From positions 608,001-672,000 of the forward strand of contig CAWHIJ010000003.1 of assembly GCA_963829525.1 (NCBI GenBank): DNA of 64,000 nucleotides, read 5' to 3'. The notes beneath the pieces were generated by a model. The model worked only from the letters and a program-made list of their open reading frames with translations, was not told the DNA's origin and did no database searches. The stretch is from an uncultured Actinomycetota bacterium. Lineage in GTDB: Bacteria; Actinomycetota; Actinomycetes; JAHEKZ01. A program made the translations under genes and the position numbers. Positions 61,262 through 64,000 of this stretch are shown in pieces (the stretch's first letter is position 1; each line of letters starts with the position of its first letter).

Positions 61262-62616
61262 GCCCGACGGAGGGTCTTCATTGCCGCTGCGACCACCTCG
61301 CGGTCGGTCCAGGTGCTCAGGTCCCGCCCGGCGTCGCCAACCGTGAAGCCGACCAGTGAGGGGGTGCCGACCACCTCAGACACGTCATACCAGTCGAGGA
61401 AGCGCCCTTTCGGGGTGCCGGCCAGCCCGATCACATGCGCACCGACGTCCCAGAACTTCCGGTCAAAGCGCAAGATCACCTTTTCCATGCACCCGGACCC
61501 CATCAGGTCGACCGCGTTGCTCACCCATGCCGGAAGCCCGGGGAGGAAGTCGATGACACCGGCACGCACCACTGAAAGAGGAACTGCCAGCACGACTCCA
61601 TCGGCCCCGAGCGAGCCACCGTCGGTGCCGACTCGGATGCGTCGGCTCCGCCAGTCGATGCTCCGGACTGGCGTATGGGTGCGTATCCGGAGACCGCTGG
61701 CGAGGTGCTTGGGCAGCCGGTCGTAGCCGCCAACGACAAAGGCCTCACCGCCACGAACCCACCGTCCCTGGTCGAACCAAGCAAGGTCGAGTGCGTCGGC
61801 ATCGTCGGCGTACTCGTGCTCGATCTCCCATCCGAGAACGAAGCGCTCGACATCGTTTCGCGGGAAGTTGCCAGAGCTGAGGGCCTCGGCAAGCGGTGTA
61901 CCCGGGGTGAAGTCCGGACGCCGTGCGTCACCGATGATGCGCCACATGCGGTCGAAGGCATCGTCGACTGCACCGGCTGAGAATCGCGCCCCATCCGCTC
62001 GCCGGAACACAGCTGTGCCCCACTTGGTCAGGTGCAGCTCGCAGCCCAGGTCGCGCAACAGCCCCTTGATCGGGTTGTTGCGGAGCCCGTGCAACCAGGC
62101 GGCCCCGAGTTCGACCGGCCGGTTCCACGATCTGTCGGTCAGCACCCGTCCGCCGACACGTCCTCGGGCCTCCACAACCGTGACGGTGTGTCCGGCCGAC
62201 TCGAGTCGCCGCGCCGCGGCCAGGCCAGCCACGCCCGCTCCCACCACGACGACGTCCTGGCGGCGGGCTAACCGGTTGTTGAGCCGGTTGGCGGCGAGCC
62301 GGCCCGACTCGTAGGCACCGTGGACGGTTCCGGGGTAAGGCAAGCTCACTGCCTCGCCGGCGAAGACGACACGGTCGGAGATCACGGCATCGGTCAAGGC
62401 GGCTCGTGTGGATCGGCTGGCTCCCACGGCAAGGGTTGCGTAGGAGCCGCGCGCCCAGCGGTCGGTCCACCAGCGGGTGACGATCGCGTCGCGAGGGTCA
62501 GGGACGCCGCCTGCAGCGGTCGCACGAAGAACCGGTCCGGCGGCTGCTCCTACGGTTGTGGCCGCAGTTGCGCCGAGGAGAGCACGTCGGGTCCAGGGGG
62601 GTCCGGCTTCAGGCAT
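61255..62616 (-). CDS. Tat-exported flavin amine oxidase family protein, circularly permuted
   Basis: TRRALLG signal. GSY/FAGEA/HGAYESG precede [24 protein letters not shown]. Confidence 0.85.
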   Translation of the reverse strand: MPEAGPPWTRRALLGATAATTVGAAAGPVLRATAAGGVPDPRDAIVTRWWTDRWARGSYATLAVGASRSTRAALTDAVISDRVVFAGEAVSLPYPGTVHGAYESGRLAANRLNNRLARRQDVVVVGAGVAGLAAARRLESAGHTVTVVEARGRVGGRVLTDRSWNRPVELGAAWLHGLRNNPIKGLLRDLGCELHLTKWGTAVFRRADGARFSAGAVDDAFDRMWRIIGDARRPDFTPGTPLAEALSSGNFPRNDVERFVLGWEIEHEYADDADALDLAWFDQGRWVRGGEAFVVGGYDRLPKHLASGLRIRTHTPVRSIDWRSRRIRVGTDGGSLGADGVVLAVPLSVVRAGVIDFLPGLPAWVSNAVDLMGSGCMEKVILRFDRKFWDVGAHVIGLAGTPKGRFLDWYDVSEVVGTPSLVGFTVGDAGRDLSTWTDREVVAAAMKTLRRAY

Positions 62617-62697
62617 GGTCGCTCCCTCTGGCCGTCGGTGGAGAGGCTTCTCCGTTGCATTGTCGGAATCGGAGAGGTGCCAATACACTAAGCGTGC

Positions 62698-62715
62698 TCG
62701 TGAATCCTTTCACAA
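62698..62715. promoter_or_regulatory. Rex operator upstream of menJ
   Basis: TCGTGAATCCTTTCACAA, one mismatch to TTGTGAA-N4-TTCACAA. Confidence 0.8.
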
Positions 62716-62748
62716 AGTCGATCTTCTGCTGCCAGCCAAGGACTCCTA

Positions 62749-64000
62749 GTGCCGCACGTGATCAGCGACAAAAGCGCCGACGTCATCGTCGTCGGGGCAG
62801 GCCCGGCTGGCTCCACCACCGCGTACCACCTGGCTCAGTCCGGTCTCGACGTCTTGCTGCTGGAGAAGTCCACCTTCCCACGCGAGAAGGTCTGTGGCGA
62901 TGGCTTCACGCCGCGTGCTGTCAAGCAGATCCTCGCCATGGGCATCGACCCAGATCCGGCTGACGGCTGGATCCGCAACCAGGGGCTCCGCATCATCGGC
63001 GGTGGCATGCGCCTCGAGCTGCCCTGGCCAGACCTTGCGTCCTTCCCCGACTACGGGCTAGTTCGTACCCGCGAGGACTTCGACGAGATCCTGGCCCGGC
63101 AGGCACAGAAAGCGGGGGCCAGGCTCCACGAACGCACTGCTGTCACCGGCCCGGTTCTCGATGCCCTCGGCCGCATCGTTGGCGTCATTGCTCGATCATC
63201 GGACGCTGACGGCGGCCGCGGCGACGAAGTCGAGTTCCGGGCGCCGCTGGTCGTGGCAGCCGACGGGAACTCCACGCGCCTCTCCCTATCGATGGGCCTG
63301 CGTAAGCGTGACGATCGCCCGATGGGCGTGGCTGTCCGCACCTACTACACCAGCCCACGCCACACCGACGACTGGCTCGAGTCCTGGCTCGAGCTCTGGG
63401 ACGGCGACCGGCTGCTGCCGGGCTATGGCTGGATCTTCGGTGTCGGCGACGGCACGGTCAACGCTGGCCTAGGGATCCTCAACTCGTCGTCTGCGTTCGG
63501 CAAGGTCGACTACAAGGACCTACTCCGGCGCTGGCTCGACACGACGCCAGAAGAGTGGGGCTTCCGCGAGGAGAACCGCACCGAGCCGATCCGCGGGGCT
63601 GCCCTGCCCATGGGGTTCAACCGGACGCCGCACTACACCCGCGGGCTTGTACTCGTCGGCGATGCCGGGGGAATGGTGAACCCCTTCAACGGTGAGGGAA
63701 TCGCCTATGCCATGGAGTCAGGGTCGATGGCGGCCGAGACGATTGTTCAGGCCATCGGACGCCCGACGGCAGACGGACGCGAGCGGGCCCTCGAGGCCTA
63801 TCCCGCCGCCCTCAAGGACGCATACGGTGGCTACTACACCTTGGGTCGGGTCTTCGTGAAGCTCATCGGAAACCCGAACGTGATGAAGCTGGCTACCCGC
63901 CACGGTCTACCGCACCCCACGCTGATGCGGTTCACGTTGAAGCTGCTGGCCAACCTCACCGATCCCCGTGACGGTGACGCGATGGACAAGGTGATCAACG
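62749..64000 (+). CDS. menJ: Geranylgeranyl reductase family / menaquinone reductase (runs off the window)
   Basis: DVIVVGAGPAG, FPREKVCGDG, GYGWIF and GDAGGMVNPFNGEGI; AAGGA RBS. Not in the ORF track because no stop lies within the window. Confidence 0.9.
   Translation, partial: MPHVISDKSADVIVVGAGPAGSTTAYHLAQSGLDVLLLEKSTFPREKVCGDGFTPRAVKQILAMGIDPDPADGWIRNQGLRIIGGGMRLELPWPDLASFPDYGLVRTREDFDEILARQAQKAGARLHERTAVTGPVLDALGRIVGVIARSSDADGGRGDEVEFRAPLVVAADGNSTRLSLSMGLRKRDDRPMGVAVRTYYTSPRHTDDWLESWLELWDGDRLLPGYGWIFGVGDGTVNAGLGILNSSSAFGKVDYKDLLRRWLDTTPEEWGFREENRTEPIRGAALPMGFNRTPHYTRGLVLVGDAGGMVNPFNGEGIAYAMESGSMAAETIVQAIGRPTADGRERALEAYPAALKDAYGGYYTLGRVFVKLIGNPNVMKLATRHGLPHPTLMRFTLKLLANLTDPRDGDAMDKVIN

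Overview
High-GC actinobacterial chromosome segment. The backbone is a conserved core region: partial Trk/Ktr K+ permease, MacAB-like exporter, acuC, Xis-like HTH, bS22, epimerase, acyltransferase, HAD hydrolase, acyl-CoA ligase, glutaredoxin, rex, hemA-hemC-cobA/hemD-hemB, hemL, cytochrome c biogenesis genes (resA, ccdA, resB, ccsB) and menaquinone genes (menA, E, B, C, D, F, G, J). Two accessory blocks interrupt it. (1) A MazEF / ABC-2 exporter / RHH-Doc block lies between hemB and hemL; its ATPase has a 1-nt frameshift. (2) An ~18 kb choline/glycine-betaine island lies between menD and menF. It pairs betA/betB and a ProVWX-type importer with a cobalamin-dependent demethylation module (non-pyrrolysine MttB-family enzyme, corrinoid protein, pterin-binding methyltransferase, MetV-like Cys-rich protein) and a dimethylglycine dehydrogenase-ETF module. 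Most notable: this B12-dependent betaine route in an apparently respiratory actinobacterium; a sharply bounded G/T skew in the corrinoid gene (19 of its first 22 Leu codons are TTG), suggesting a second, gene-converting copy; a Tat-exported, circularly permuted flavin amine oxidase; an unannotated 44-aa ORF whose 3' UTR has C-rich-loop hairpins; and two Rex operators. No rRNA, tRNA, CRISPR, IS or phage genes were seen. All family calls come from motif recognition by eye, not database searches.
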